64,000 nucleotides of DNA from positions 37,014,001 through 37,078,000 of the forward strand of contig NC_091283.1 in the NCBI RefSeq assembly GCF_032444005.1. Reading direction: 5' to 3'. Within the stretch, counting starts at the first letter, position 1; each line of letters starts with the position of its first letter. The DNA is from Ranitomeya imitator. Its lineage: Eukaryota. The notes under the pieces were generated by a model. That model searched no databases. It saw nothing but the letters and a program-made list of their open reading frames with translations, and was not told where the DNA came from. The translations under genes and the position numbers were made by a program. Below, piece by piece: positions 1 through 10,791 of this stretch.

Positions 1-1667
1 AGACAAGCGGGTCACCTCCAGCAGAGACGGGGCTGGGAGCAGGACAGGGAGTGTGTGTAGGGGGTGACATGCAGCAGGGCTGAGGGGCTGTGACAGCAGA
101 GAGGAGGGTGACAGGGTGAGGCGCACAGCAGGGCCAGAGTACAGGGAGGGAAGGGGCACTCACCACAGGGAGGACAGGGTCCAAACACGTGACAAGTCCT
201 TGTCCCCAAACCGCAGAAAGCTGGGGGGTCACCCAGCCCAGATCGTCCCTGCTGCTCCCCCCTTCATCCCTCCCCTCTGTCTCTCTCCATCCCTCCAGCA
301 GTCCTGGCTTCCTCCTCCTCCCAGAGCAGCACTCACTGGAAATAGGAGGGAAACCAGCACAGACTCCAATGTATCTCACACACATACCCTGGGGTTGTGC
401 AAGGGTGGCAGTCACATTAGGCCCTGGTGCCCAAGAAGAACTCCAAGCACAAAGAGACAAATACTATTAAAGATCCACAATAGTTGGGGTCCATTTAGTG
501 TTTTTGCATTGGGGCCCACAAGCTTTAAGTTACGCACACAGCACCTCTAGAAGTAGACAACGCTTGCAAGGATGCCCCTCCAGACATGCACACACCTCTA
601 AACACGCATGTACATACGCACCTGTAAACACACATGCGCGCTCCTCTATGGACAAGCACTCTAGACACACAAACCTGCCCCAATGGCCCACTGTGGAAAC
701 ATGCATGCACACCCACCCCTTTGTAGACAAACATGTAAAGACACTGCACACCCCTCTAGAAATGCATACATGCACTTATGCCCCTCTAGACACACACCCA
801 CCATGCCCAAATGCACTTACAGTAGTCTTTTTGCTGTCAGTGTTAGATGCCCCTACAGTCAGTTTCATCTATAGCTCCTACTTTTTGATAGAAGCTTATG
901 ACAAATGTTACCTCTGCACTCACAAACCCCAAAATTCAGTATACCACCTGTACTAAATGCTAATCATCCACATTAGGCCTCAGTTCCACAGCGACCCTCC
1001 ACATAACCCACCTCTACCAAACCACCACCACACTCCCATGATGCCCAACTCACCTTTCACAGACCTCCACACAAGAGCAACTACGCTCATTAACTTTATA
1101 ACCTACCCGGCCTGTAATTAGGGAGGGGGGTGATTACAATTAACCCCTCAATTACTAAGCACGTCTGCACTAGTCTATGGCTAATTCTTGCTCAATAGGA
1201 GTTGTATCCTCTGAAAGCTTATAATCAGGTTACTTTATGCAAGATCCTCCAAAACTGTCCTTGCTCAGGGTTTTCTGTAAGGACACTGCATGGCCACAAA
1301 CAGCGTCCCTATGGGTCTTCGCTATGGTCATCAGGTGATGCAGACATTTTTAATTTTTGCATTTTTGTTTTTTTTTCTCTCTCCCTTTTCAAAGAGCCAT
1401 GACTTTTTTTTTTCATGACCACATCAGGGCTTTATTTTTTGTGCCTTGAGTTGTAGCGTTGAATGACACCAATCACTTTGTCATATAACATGTTGGAAAA
1501 AAATTAGAAAAAAAGTTGTGTGGAGAAATGTTAAAAATCCCTGCAATTTAATCATTGTTTTTTTATTTTTTATTTTACTTATGTCATTCTTTAAGTAGTA
1601 AAAATGACACGATTCTCCAGGTCATTGTGATTATAGCGATACCAAACTTGTACATTTTAATTTCTAA

Positions 1668-2150
1668 GGCTACTTTCACACATCAGGTTTTTTGCATCAG
1701 GCACAATCCGGCGAATGTTGGAAAAAATGGATCCGGCGCAGATTGTGAAAAACTGATGCGACGGATCCGTTTTTTTCGACGGATCTGACTAGCATATTCA
1801 GATAATTGGATAAAAAAAAATTTGGAGCATGCTCAGTTTAAAAAACTGTAATCCGGAGCCGGAATCCGTCATTTTCCGGATCCGGCACCTTCTGGCTCCC
1901 ATAGGCTTCCATTCTAGCAAACAGCCATAAGCGCCAGATTCGGCGCTTTCGGATTTTTCGCCGGAGACAACAAACGTTGCTATGGACGTTTCTTCCAGAA
2001 ACCGGAAACGGCAGAAACGCAATGTCATCCGGCACTAATACAAGTCTATGGGGAAAAAAACGGATCCGGCGGCAACATTCGCCGGATCCGTTTTTTTTAA
2101 ATTTAGCCTGATTGAGCCTGACAGCGAAAACCTCATGTGTGAAAGTAGCC
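1668..2150. mobile_element. PIF/Harbinger-type MITE
   Basis: TIRs GGCTACTTTCACAC...GTGTGAAAGTAGCC, flanked by TAA on both sides; largely palindromic interior. Confidence 0.8.
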
Positions 2151-2187
2151 TAATTTAATGGTAAACAAAATCAGACCTTTTGTCTTT

Positions 2188-2240
<53 letters not shown>

Positions 2241-2734
2241 TATATTGTGTCACTATTTTCTGAGACACATATCTTTTTAATTTATTTTTATTTTTCCATC
2301 GATTTAAACTGTACGCGGGTCTTGGTCTTTGTGTAACAAGTTAAAATGTTTTCATTGGTACCATCTTGGGACAAATATGGCGTTTTGATCGTGTTTTTTC
2401 TTTTTAAATTGCATTTTCTTTAGGCAGTTCAAGATGCAAAAAAAGGGCATTTTTTGTGTTTTTCTTTTTTTTTATCTCTCTTTTGACAGATTAAATAATT
2501 TAATATTTGACAGACTGGACTTTTATGAGCATGACGGTAGCAAATGTTTGCTTCTTTATTATGTTTTTTTTTTTTTTTTTAAATTGGGAAATAGGTTGAG
2601 ATAAACTTTTATATGCTTTAAAATTTGTTAAACATGTTTTGATGAATTTTTAAATGATCATTTACTCCCCATAAGTGGCTTGAACATGTGATTATTTGAT
2701 CGCTTATACTATTAACTGAATTAATCCATTATCC

Positions 2735-2895
2735 CGTAGAATCTAAGTCGGCAAGGACAGGGTCCTCTCCCCTCTGTACCGGTCTGTCATTGTAAATTTG
2801 TTTACTGTAAATGATATCTATAACTCTGTACGTAACCCCTCCTCATGTACAGCACCATGGAATTAATGGTGCTATATAAATTAATAATAATAATA
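2735..2895 (+). mobile_element. LINE 3-prime tail fragment (L2/CR1-like)
   Basis: Ends ...tgtacagcaccatggaattaatggtgctatataaat(taa)n, a typical L2-like terminus. Confidence 0.5.
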
Positions 2896-4087
2896 AAAAC
2901 AATAAAAAAAATGAAGGACCCCACAGAAGAGCCAAGATGGCTGCTGCCTCCGTTACGGCCATCTTGGCTCCCCTATGGGGACTATCATTTTCTCTATATA
3001 TTTCAGCAGGCCCCTGGCAGCCATAACACTCCATTGGCGCTGGTATGTATGCGAACAGGCAAAATTACGAATTAATTTCTGCTTTCAGTGATTAACTGTG
3101 ATGAATAATTACATCCAGGTCTACAAACAGTCATATAGACCAATGGGACCCTTCAAGCCCCCCCTTAACTCCAGTTCCAGGGCTGCGTCTGCAACCCCTG
3201 TACCCATATACAGATGTACTTGAATGATTTACTGTATCACTGCATTTCATGGAGCTGAATTCCATGAAATTATCAAGCTCTTCTCACCTAGAAACATTGT
3301 AGGCCTCACTGATCACAGCCATGTTGCCCATAGCAACCAATTAGAGCTCTCCTTTCATTTCTAAAATAGCTCTGTTAAAATGAAAGCTGCGATATGATTG
3401 GTTGCTATGGGCAACAGCCAGATATTCTTTTTTTTAATAAAAATTGGCCCAATAATTGCCTCTAGAGGAGAATAGCCCCATATATAAGGGGCACCTGAAC
3501 CCTTCATTACTCATAATATCCAGCAGACAGCTTGTAATGCGCTGTTCTTAGACACATCTATATACTCCCATAGTGGCGTGTACACACGATGCCTTATTAT
3601 CTGTATATACCAGATTTCCTGTGACCTTTATTAAAGGGATGTTGCACTTTCCATTTTAATGTGTTTTTTTTCCCTTTGTGGCTGTATATCAATAAACAAG
3701 GGGAATGCTTCAAAATGGGGTCAGACTATGACATATAATTAGATTTTATAGCCACTTTTTACAGCTTAGCTCCATATTTTATGACTCCATGTGTCAGAAT
3801 ATTGTCATATATACTATATATACAAACAGATAGAGGCTAAATAGGGACAGGAAAATTATAAACATTCAAGTGACCCTGTCTCAAAGTAAAGAAATTCAAT
3901 ATAGGTTATAGTGCAAGGAATGGCGATATAGAACATATAGAAGAAAACGTGCCCAAAAAAACGAGTAAAATATAAAACATAATGTTTATTGGCTATACAA
4001 TAAAACACTGCTGAATAGCAAAGTATTATTTAAAAGTAGATGACATGATGTCACAAAATGAGGTGAAAGGAATGATGCACAGTATAA

Positions 4088-4291
4088 GGGCTCCTTCTCA
4101 CTTGCGAGGAATACGTCCGAGTCTCGCAGGTTAAAACCCAGCTCAGGCGCCGCCGCGCCGGCACTCCAGAGCGGAGCGTGCGGCTCCATGTATTGCTGTG
4201 CGGCCGCACGCTCCAATCTGGAGTGCCGGCGCCAGAGCAGGGTTTTAACCTGCGAGACTCGGCCGTATTTCTCGCAAGTGAGAAGGAGCCC
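4088..4291. mobile_element. PIF/Harbinger-type MITE
   Basis: TIRs GGGCTCCTTCTCACTTGCGAG...CTCGCAAGTGAGAAGGAGCCC with TAA TSD. Confidence 0.8.
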
Positions 4292-4294
4292 TAA

Positions 4295-4481
4295 GGCCGG
4301 GGTCACACTTGTGAGAAACTCGCAAGAGTCTCGTGCATCAATACCCGGCACATCCGCCGACACTCAGACCGGAGCGTGCGACTGCATGAATTTCTCTGCA
4401 GCTGAACACGCCGGTTCGAGTGCCAGCGGCAGTGCCGGATATTGAGCCTCATGTGAGTTTCTCGCAAGTGTGACTCCGGCC
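4295..4481. mobile_element. PIF/Harbinger-type MITE abutting the previous one
   Basis: TIRs GGCCGGGGTCACACTTG...CAAGTGTGACTCCGGCC with TAA TSD; the left TAA is shared with the preceding MITE. Confidence 0.78.
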
Positions 4482-4700
4482 TAATAAGGAAAAATGTGAA
4501 GAAATAAATAATGATGTGTCAGTGGAAAAAACCCAATCAATTGCTGGTGAGTAGTAACTCAAAGTACCAAGGGGAAAAAACACATACATAAGGTAAGATA
4601 AGGGTAACTTTGTTATAGCCTGTGCACAGCATAGTTACCTGGTAACGGTGGTGCCACCACCCCAACGTGCGTTTCGGCAACCGTGCCTTCTTCTGACTCA

Positions 4701-4922
4701 CTTACATTAATTCTGCAGCGTTTTACAGACATTATCATCACCGTCCCCGTTGGGGCGCACAATCTATATTCCCTATCAGTATGTCTTTAGAGTATAGGAG
4801 AAAACCAGAGGAAACCCACGGAAACACAGGGAGAACATACAAACTCCTTCCTCCTTGGTGGGATTTGAACCAGCACCCCAGCACTGCAAGGCTGCAATGC
4901 TAGCCACTGAGCCACCGTGCTG
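4701..4922 (-). mobile_element. tRNA-derived SINE
   Basis: Minus strand has an A box (TGGCTCAGTGG), a B box (GGTTCAAATCCC), a conserved core (gtttgtatgttctccc...gtgggtttcctc) and an L2-like tail (tgtaaaacgctgc). A second copy lies at about 9881-10075. Confidence 0.75.
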
Positions 4923-5787
4923 TTAATTACTGCGTATCGTACAAATCAAACCCTATGGAATTAAAAGGGTTGTCTAGATTTATCACAAAAGTCTTCAGTC
5001 ACTCTACACATTGTGAGGAATCTCCGATGCTGGCGAGCAGTCATGTAGAGGCTCAGTATTGCTGCCGACACCAGAGAATCTTCACAGCTGACACTGCACA
5101 CAATGTGAGGATTCACACATGCCGTTGCATATCAAAATCTGGACAACCTCTTTTTATAGTAGCACCGAGATGGTGGCCATTCATCTGCCATGGCAATGCA
5201 TCAGCACCCCGCAATCACATTGCGGATGGGTGGTGATGGGCGCCCAAACGGAAGACCACTTATATGCCACTCTCAGATATTGGTAGTGCATCTAAATAGT
5301 TAAAGTGAAAGCAATGGCAGCTATCTCCCATCTGTGCTATAAGAGGCAGATTCTGGCTGTATATCACAACCAGCGTCTAACCTGTGTGGAACGGGCAGCT
5401 ACTAATTTCCCAGAAACTGGGCAATTGGACATCAAGCACATAACAACAGTATAATGTAAGTGTAGGGGCGTCAAAATGATTTTGCATCATGTAATGCTGC
5501 ATTACCCCTGCGGGGGAGCTGCAGGGGGAGGGGACACTTTGATATCAGGCTTTTCTTCAGATTGTAATTGATTGTTGAGGTTCTAAGCAGTAGGACACCC
5601 TGTACTTGGCTTATAATCAGTAAAGTGGGAGCAGAAATACTTAATAATAACTTCATCTTTAAGTACAAGAACTTCTGAAAATAAGACATGACCATCACCC
5701 TTCCTTCCTATTTCATATCAGCCACTATCTCCTGGCACAGGCATCCTATTCTTGGTGCAAATACTAAACCTCAGGCCCTGTACATTA

Positions 5788-5866
5788 TGACTCAAGTATT
5801 TGTCTGGCCAATGGCAGGAGGCCATGTTGATGCATATAGAGTGGCGGCTTCTTGTGGGATTCCCTG
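5788..5866 (+). promoter_or_regulatory. Candidate proximal promoter of the CCN-like gene
   Basis: AP-1 consensus TGACTCA (5788-5794), CCAAT (5808-5812) and a weak TATA-like CATATAG within about 100 nt of the ATG. Motif match only. Confidence 0.3.
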
Positions 5867-5891
5867 CAGACGTCTCTGCTAATGCTTGGAA

Positions 5892-5957
5892 ATGGCCTCA
5901 TATATTGAATTCGCCTTGATGTTATTATGTGGGACATGTACATTAGGGAAGAGACTG
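5892..5957 (+). CDS. CCN-like gene, exon 1 (signal peptide MASYIEFALMLLCGTCTLGKRL)
   Basis: ATG at 5892, 22 codons with a hydrophobic core, phase-0 GT donor at 5958. The 79-nt intron has a TACTAAT branch-like motif (6004-6010) and AG at 6035-6036, and joins exon 2 in frame. Not in the ORF track; read manually. Confidence 0.7.
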
Positions 5958-6036
5958 GTAGGGTTTTTCTCTGTGCCCCATTAAGTCTGCATTACTCTAT
6001 ATGTACTAATGTATATTCTTGTTTCTTGTCCTTAAG

Positions 6037-6241
6037 GGATGTCCTCTAACTTGTGAGTGCTCGGAGGTCCCTACATGTCCCCAAGGAGCAACACCGGTGC
6101 TGGACTCTTGCGGTTGCGGGTGCACAGTTTGTGTCCGAGGCCTTGGCTCTGTATGTGATGGGCTTAGACCGTGTGATGTTGCTAGAAATCTGATGTGCGA
6201 CTATCAGGAGGACCCCAGCTGGCAGCAAGGAGTTTGCAAGG
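6037..6241 (+). CDS. CCN-like gene, exon 2 (IGFBP module, 12 Cys)
   Basis: GCPLTCECSEVPTCPQGATPVLDSCGCGCTVCVRGLGSVCDGLRPCDVARNLMCDYQEDPSWQQGVCK has CCN IGFBP cysteine spacing. Acceptor cttaag; phase-1 donor GTTTGT at 6242 (weak). Confidence 0.9.
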
Positions 6242-7345
6242 GTTTGTCATCTTGTCTTCTATTACCACAGTCAATGAGTTGGTCACCTCAACAATTAGGC
6301 TGGACTATGTTGTCCTGTGCCCATATGTCAGAGAGGAGTGTGGGTCCTAAAGGTGCATTTATGACATATCCATAAATGTTTAAAGGTGAGAATATCCCTT
6401 TAAAGAGATTAAGTCAGCAAAAATGACTGTTTGATATAAAACAAGTGGATGGGAAGGTGCAATGTTGTGTTTGGCCACACCAAGGGTGCACCAAGCGCCT
6501 GTGCTTGGTTTGAACAGTCATTTTGTACTGACAATGTCTTTTAAATACATAAGTCTATTAACTCTATAATGAACACTTTTGCAACTTTTTAATATATATT
6601 GACCCTGATTCATCAATTTTATTTTTTCTAGTGCACTTTTCTAAATGCATCAAAATTCATGTAAAATATTTGATAAATTTGGCACAAATTAAAATATCCC
6701 TTTTCCCCCTTTTGCCATCATTTTGTGCCCTTAATGAAAAGTTGCTTGATCCCTTTAATAAGTTTGAAAAAGTTGCACATCAGTCTTCAAATTGGCAAAT
6801 GAAAAAAAATAGATTTTGTCTCATTGAGGCCAAATTTTCGCAAATGACGAATTAGCCGAGAACATCTGAATAATGACATTTGTAGCCAACCCAAAATATG
6901 GCCAGGACTGAAATAACCAGAGTAAAAATGTTGCAAAAAGCCATCATAAATTCAGTGCTATATTAAAAATGCCTAAAAATGGAACTTTCACAAAAAAAAG
7001 TGTATAAAAAAAAAGTAATAAATTCTTGCGTTTGTGTTCAGCTCTTCCCTGGAAACTGCTTCAGGAAACTCCCTGTTTTGGGGGAAGAATTTTTTTTGCT
7101 AAAGTGGTTTTGAAAAGTTTAGGGAAAAAATGTTTCTTTAGTGTTTTCTTATTTTTTTGCAGCCTCCATAGAATGAAGTGACTGCAAACTTGTAGCTTAA
7201 AGCTGGACATCCCCTTTAAGATTTGACATTGTCTAGTTTGGAGCAGATTCCGTCATGATCCACTTGAAAAAGCTATAAAAAAAAACCTTCTCATATGAAA
7301 AACAAAATGGACCTGACCTATAATTTGTTTTTCACCCCTTTTTAG

Positions 7346-7525
7346 TCCATCATGAGCGACGATCTTGCCTCCACAACGGCAATGAGATTCTCCATGGACG
7401 AGAGTTTGAGCTGGGCTGTGAAAGTTACTGCAAATGTGAGGATGGAAATATCAACTGTGCCCCTCTGTGCCCCCCACTGGAGAAACCCACCAACCCCAAC
7501 TGCAAAGAAATGCGATTAGTGACTG
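7346..7525 (+). CDS. CCN-like gene, exon 3 (VWC module, N-terminal part)
   Basis: After ccctttttag: (V)HHERRSCLHNGNEILHGREFELGCESYCKCEDGNINCAPLCPPLEKPTNPNCKEMRLVT; donor GTAAGA at 7526. Missed by the ORF track. Confidence 0.9.
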
Positions 7526-7860
7526 GTAAGAACATAAGTGGTATATAGACAGGGGTAAATCATTTTTGACTGGTAAGAACATATGTGGCATATAGACAGG
7601 GGTAAACCGTTTTTTTCCAAAAAGTGTGTTGCACCTTTTCAAAGGTTGTGTATGGGATTGCAGGTCAGCCCTACTCACTTTAATGGGGATGAGCTGTAAT
7701 ACGAGACACAACCCATCGGCAGGTTTGGTCCCATTCTTAGAAGAAAGCCACCATGTCTTGTCTGTACAACCTTATGACTGAGGGGTTTGTTTGTGTTCTC
7801 TACATTTCACACTTCGATCATTGTCAAGGACGGTTCATTACATACAGACTGTTCTCGTAG

Positions 7861-8016
7861 TTCCTGGTCAGTGCTGTGCCCAATGGAGATGTCTGGAGGA
7901 GTCAAGTGGGCTTGAAGACTCAAATGAAACCCGTAATGACTACCCAACTCTAGAAGATAAGTCTACAGATGAAGAGGCAAATATCAGGACCAGAAGAGAT
8001 GCCCCTGATTCAGGTG
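7861..8016 (+). CDS. CCN-like gene, exon 4 (end of VWC plus acidic hinge)
   Basis: After ttctcgtag: (V)PGQCCAQWRCLEESSGLEDSNETRNDYPTLEDKSTDEEANIRTRRDAPDSG. Donor GTGAGA at 8017; an alternative in-phase donor GTGGTG at 8014 would shorten the protein by one residue. Confidence 0.88.
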
Positions 8017-9138
8017 GTGAGATGGATCTGAGTGTGGAGCTTTGTATGGGGGGTGGGGAGCAATATATGGGTGGTGGTGGCAGAGATGGTGCATGGACGT
8101 CCGAGTGACTGCCCAAAAGATGGATGACGTAAGGAAAAGGTTCTATGAATTAGTTAGTACATCTATGCTCCCTAAATACCCGTTTTGCCCCGATCTTTTA
8201 AAAAGGAGGTCAGAAAAGTGCCCTTCAAGTATGTACCAGTCCCTCTACGTCTTATGAGTTACTTGATTTCGCCATCTTATTCTATAAATGCAAAAACTTT
8301 TCTATTGCCCAAGACTTTAAAAGTAGATAGACCTGTTTTTCTAGTCTTGGACAAGATTTGAACCCCATTAAAGGTATTTTATTTGTCTTTAATGGATGAA
8401 TTTTTGGCTAAAAATAATATTGGCAATTGGGTTTCATTCAAAATCTTGCCCAGTTTTCCTCCTACGGCCCTTGTGTTGCATTGTCTTTTGCCGGTTGCAG
8501 AATGTGTTACCCGAGAACCTGTCAGTGAGCTCGTTCTGACAGAATCATTTATACCTCTCATCTTCCTTCTCATCACAGCTCATTTCTGACCAAGGGAAAG
8601 TTATGTTGAACCATTTGGTCCTAAATCTGCCGAGAGGAGCTCAGAAGACCAAAGATAAGAGTTATATAAACTCTCCTGTTAGGAGAAGTTAACTGACAGA
8701 TTCTTGGTTAACGCATTCTTCAGCCATCAATAAGCAAAGGATATTGGAGTTAAAAGGTGTAACTTGTTTTTGTTTTTTTTAAAAGAAAATCCAGATATAA
8801 AAATTATTTTTGCATCGAAATAAAAAAAAATTAAGGTGAAACGCTGAAGGTTTCCATCGCCCTTTAGAAGTGTAATATAAAGGGGCCTATCCAAGTAACA
8901 GGTTCCCAGTATGGATTATCTTACTGGTTTCTCTCAATAAGAAATAAGTAAATGAAGTAAGGATCAGGGTATGTGGATGCCTGAGTTAAAGAGCCAAAAA
9001 TCGGTCTCTCCCATTAGCCAGAAGCTTCAAAAGGGCGTAATTACCGCCCCACCCTCCGGATGAAGTCTTTACCGGAAGGATTTCCATACTTGCTTTTGAC
9101 CGACAATGGCGACATCTCATTTCCAATATGTTCCACAG

Positions 9139-9338
9139 ATCCAGAACAGGATGAGGAGCTGCCGGAAGAACCTCAGCCCTGCAAACCCGATACTGAGTGG
9201 ACACCATGCTCCCGCACGTGTGGCTTTGGGAACTCGCTGCGAATAGTCTACGAGAAGGAAACTTGTATCCCTAAAGCTGAGAAGAGGATGTGTATGATCA
9301 GACCCTGCAAGGGCCAATACCCCAACGCCAACTACACG
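9139..9338 (+). CDS. CCN-like gene, exon 5 (TSP1 module, 6 Cys)
   Basis: After ttccacag: (D)PEQDEELPEEPQPCKPDTEWTPCSRTCGFGNSLRIVYEKETCIPKAEKRMCMIRPCKGQYPNANYT, with the WxxCSxTCG motif; phase-0 donor GTAAGA at 9339. Confidence 0.92.
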
Positions 9339-9880
9339 GTAAGAATAGAGAAGGGTCACAAGCAAATTTGGGCAAGTTCCGTGAAGCCACGTGTATACTG
9401 CGGGCTCCGGAGGTTAGCCCTCTCCATAAACTGCAGGTCCTGACAGTGTCATACAGCCGGCACCTGAGTCTCACTGCTGTCGTTATAGCTAGATTCTGTC
9501 TTCAATTGTGACAGTGGCATTTAAGAGATTGGAATTGGGATACGGGGCATCTCTTCCAACTCTTGCACCATCTCCTCCCCTCCCCCCACAACAACATTAT
9601 TGGGAATCTATGGCGTTTTAATGGCTATCAGGAGCCTACTGAATGCTCCGGTGACTGCACACCTATAAAACCTGTGACTGGACCTCATTGAGGAAAGATA
9701 ATTGTACAATGCACTGCAATTATAACAATATATTGTATGTATGGAAAGTTCCCTTTGGGGACCAACAAAAATCTATTTGTTTTTTAAGAAAAGTTCATAT
9801 CACAGCCCACGTTTACTGTAATGTAAATAAAATATATATATAAAAAATTTACCAAAAAACAAATTTTGTATAAATATATA

Positions 9881-10072
9881 GCGCTGGGGTCCTCAGTTCA
9901 AATCCTATCAAGGACAACATCTGCAAGGAGTTTGTATGTTCTCCCCATGTTTGTGTGGGTTTCCTCCCACATTCCAAAGACCTACTGATGGGGAATTTAT
10001 TTAGATTGTGAGCCCCATTGGGGACAGTGATGATAACGTCTGTAAAGCGCTGCGGGATGAGATAGAGCTATA

Positions 10073-10075
<3 letters not shown>
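9881..10075 (+). mobile_element. 5-prime-truncated SINE, same family as 4701-4922
   Basis: B-box remnant (gttcaaatcc), same core and tail (tgtaaagcgctgcgg...gctatata), running into (TA)n. Confidence 0.72.
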
Positions 10076-10149
<74 letters not shown>

Positions 10150-10212
10150 TGTATACATTTAATATTCCAGTAAAAGTGGGTTGTGATATGAATATATATA
10201 TATATATATATA
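10069..10212. repeat. Interrupted (TA)n microsatellite
   Basis: Two TA runs visible directly; the second is the Tc1 target site. Confidence 0.9.
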
Positions 10213-10791
10213 CAGTACAGACCAAAAGTTTGGACACACCTTCTCATTTAAAGATTTTTCTGTATTTTCATGACTATAAAAATTGTACATTCACACTGAA
10301 GGCATCAAAACTATGAATTAACACATGTGGAATTATATACTTAACAAAAAAATGTGAAACAACTGAAATTATGTCTTATATTCTAGGTTCTTCAAAGTAG
10401 CCACCTTTTATTTTGATGACTGCTTTGCACACTCTTGGCATTCTCTTGATGAGCTTCAAGACGTAGTCACCGGGAATAGTTTTCACTTCATAGGTGTGCC
10501 CTGTCACATTTAATAAGTGGGATTTCTTGCCTTATAAATGGGGTTGGGACCATCAGTTGTGTTGAGCAGAAGTCTGGTGGATACACAGCTGATAGTCCTA
10601 TTGAATAGACTGTTAGAATTTGTATTATGGCAAGAAAAAAGCAGCTAAGTAAAGAAAAACAAGTGTCCATCATTACTTTAAGAAATGAAGGTCAGTCAGT
10701 CCAAAAAATTGGGAAAACTTTGAAAGTGTCCCCAAGTGCAGTGGCAAAAACCATCAAGCGCTTCAAAGAAACTGACTCACATGAGGACCGC

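Noticed and set aside
4860-4922. tRNA gene
   Set aside because: A and B boxes are present but continue into a SINE core and LINE-like tail, with no complete cloverleaf.
5688-5882. ORF 5688-5882 or the GTGAGT donor near 4547 as CCN exon 1
   Set aside because: Neither gives a hydrophobic signal peptide in phase with exon 2; 5892-5957 does.
9339-9530. Decayed duplicate CT exon right after exon 5 (KPRVYCG ... FNCDSG)
   Set aside because: Spacing between the motifs is about 32 codons against about 19 in CCN CT modules, with three stops and missing cysteines; probably chance.
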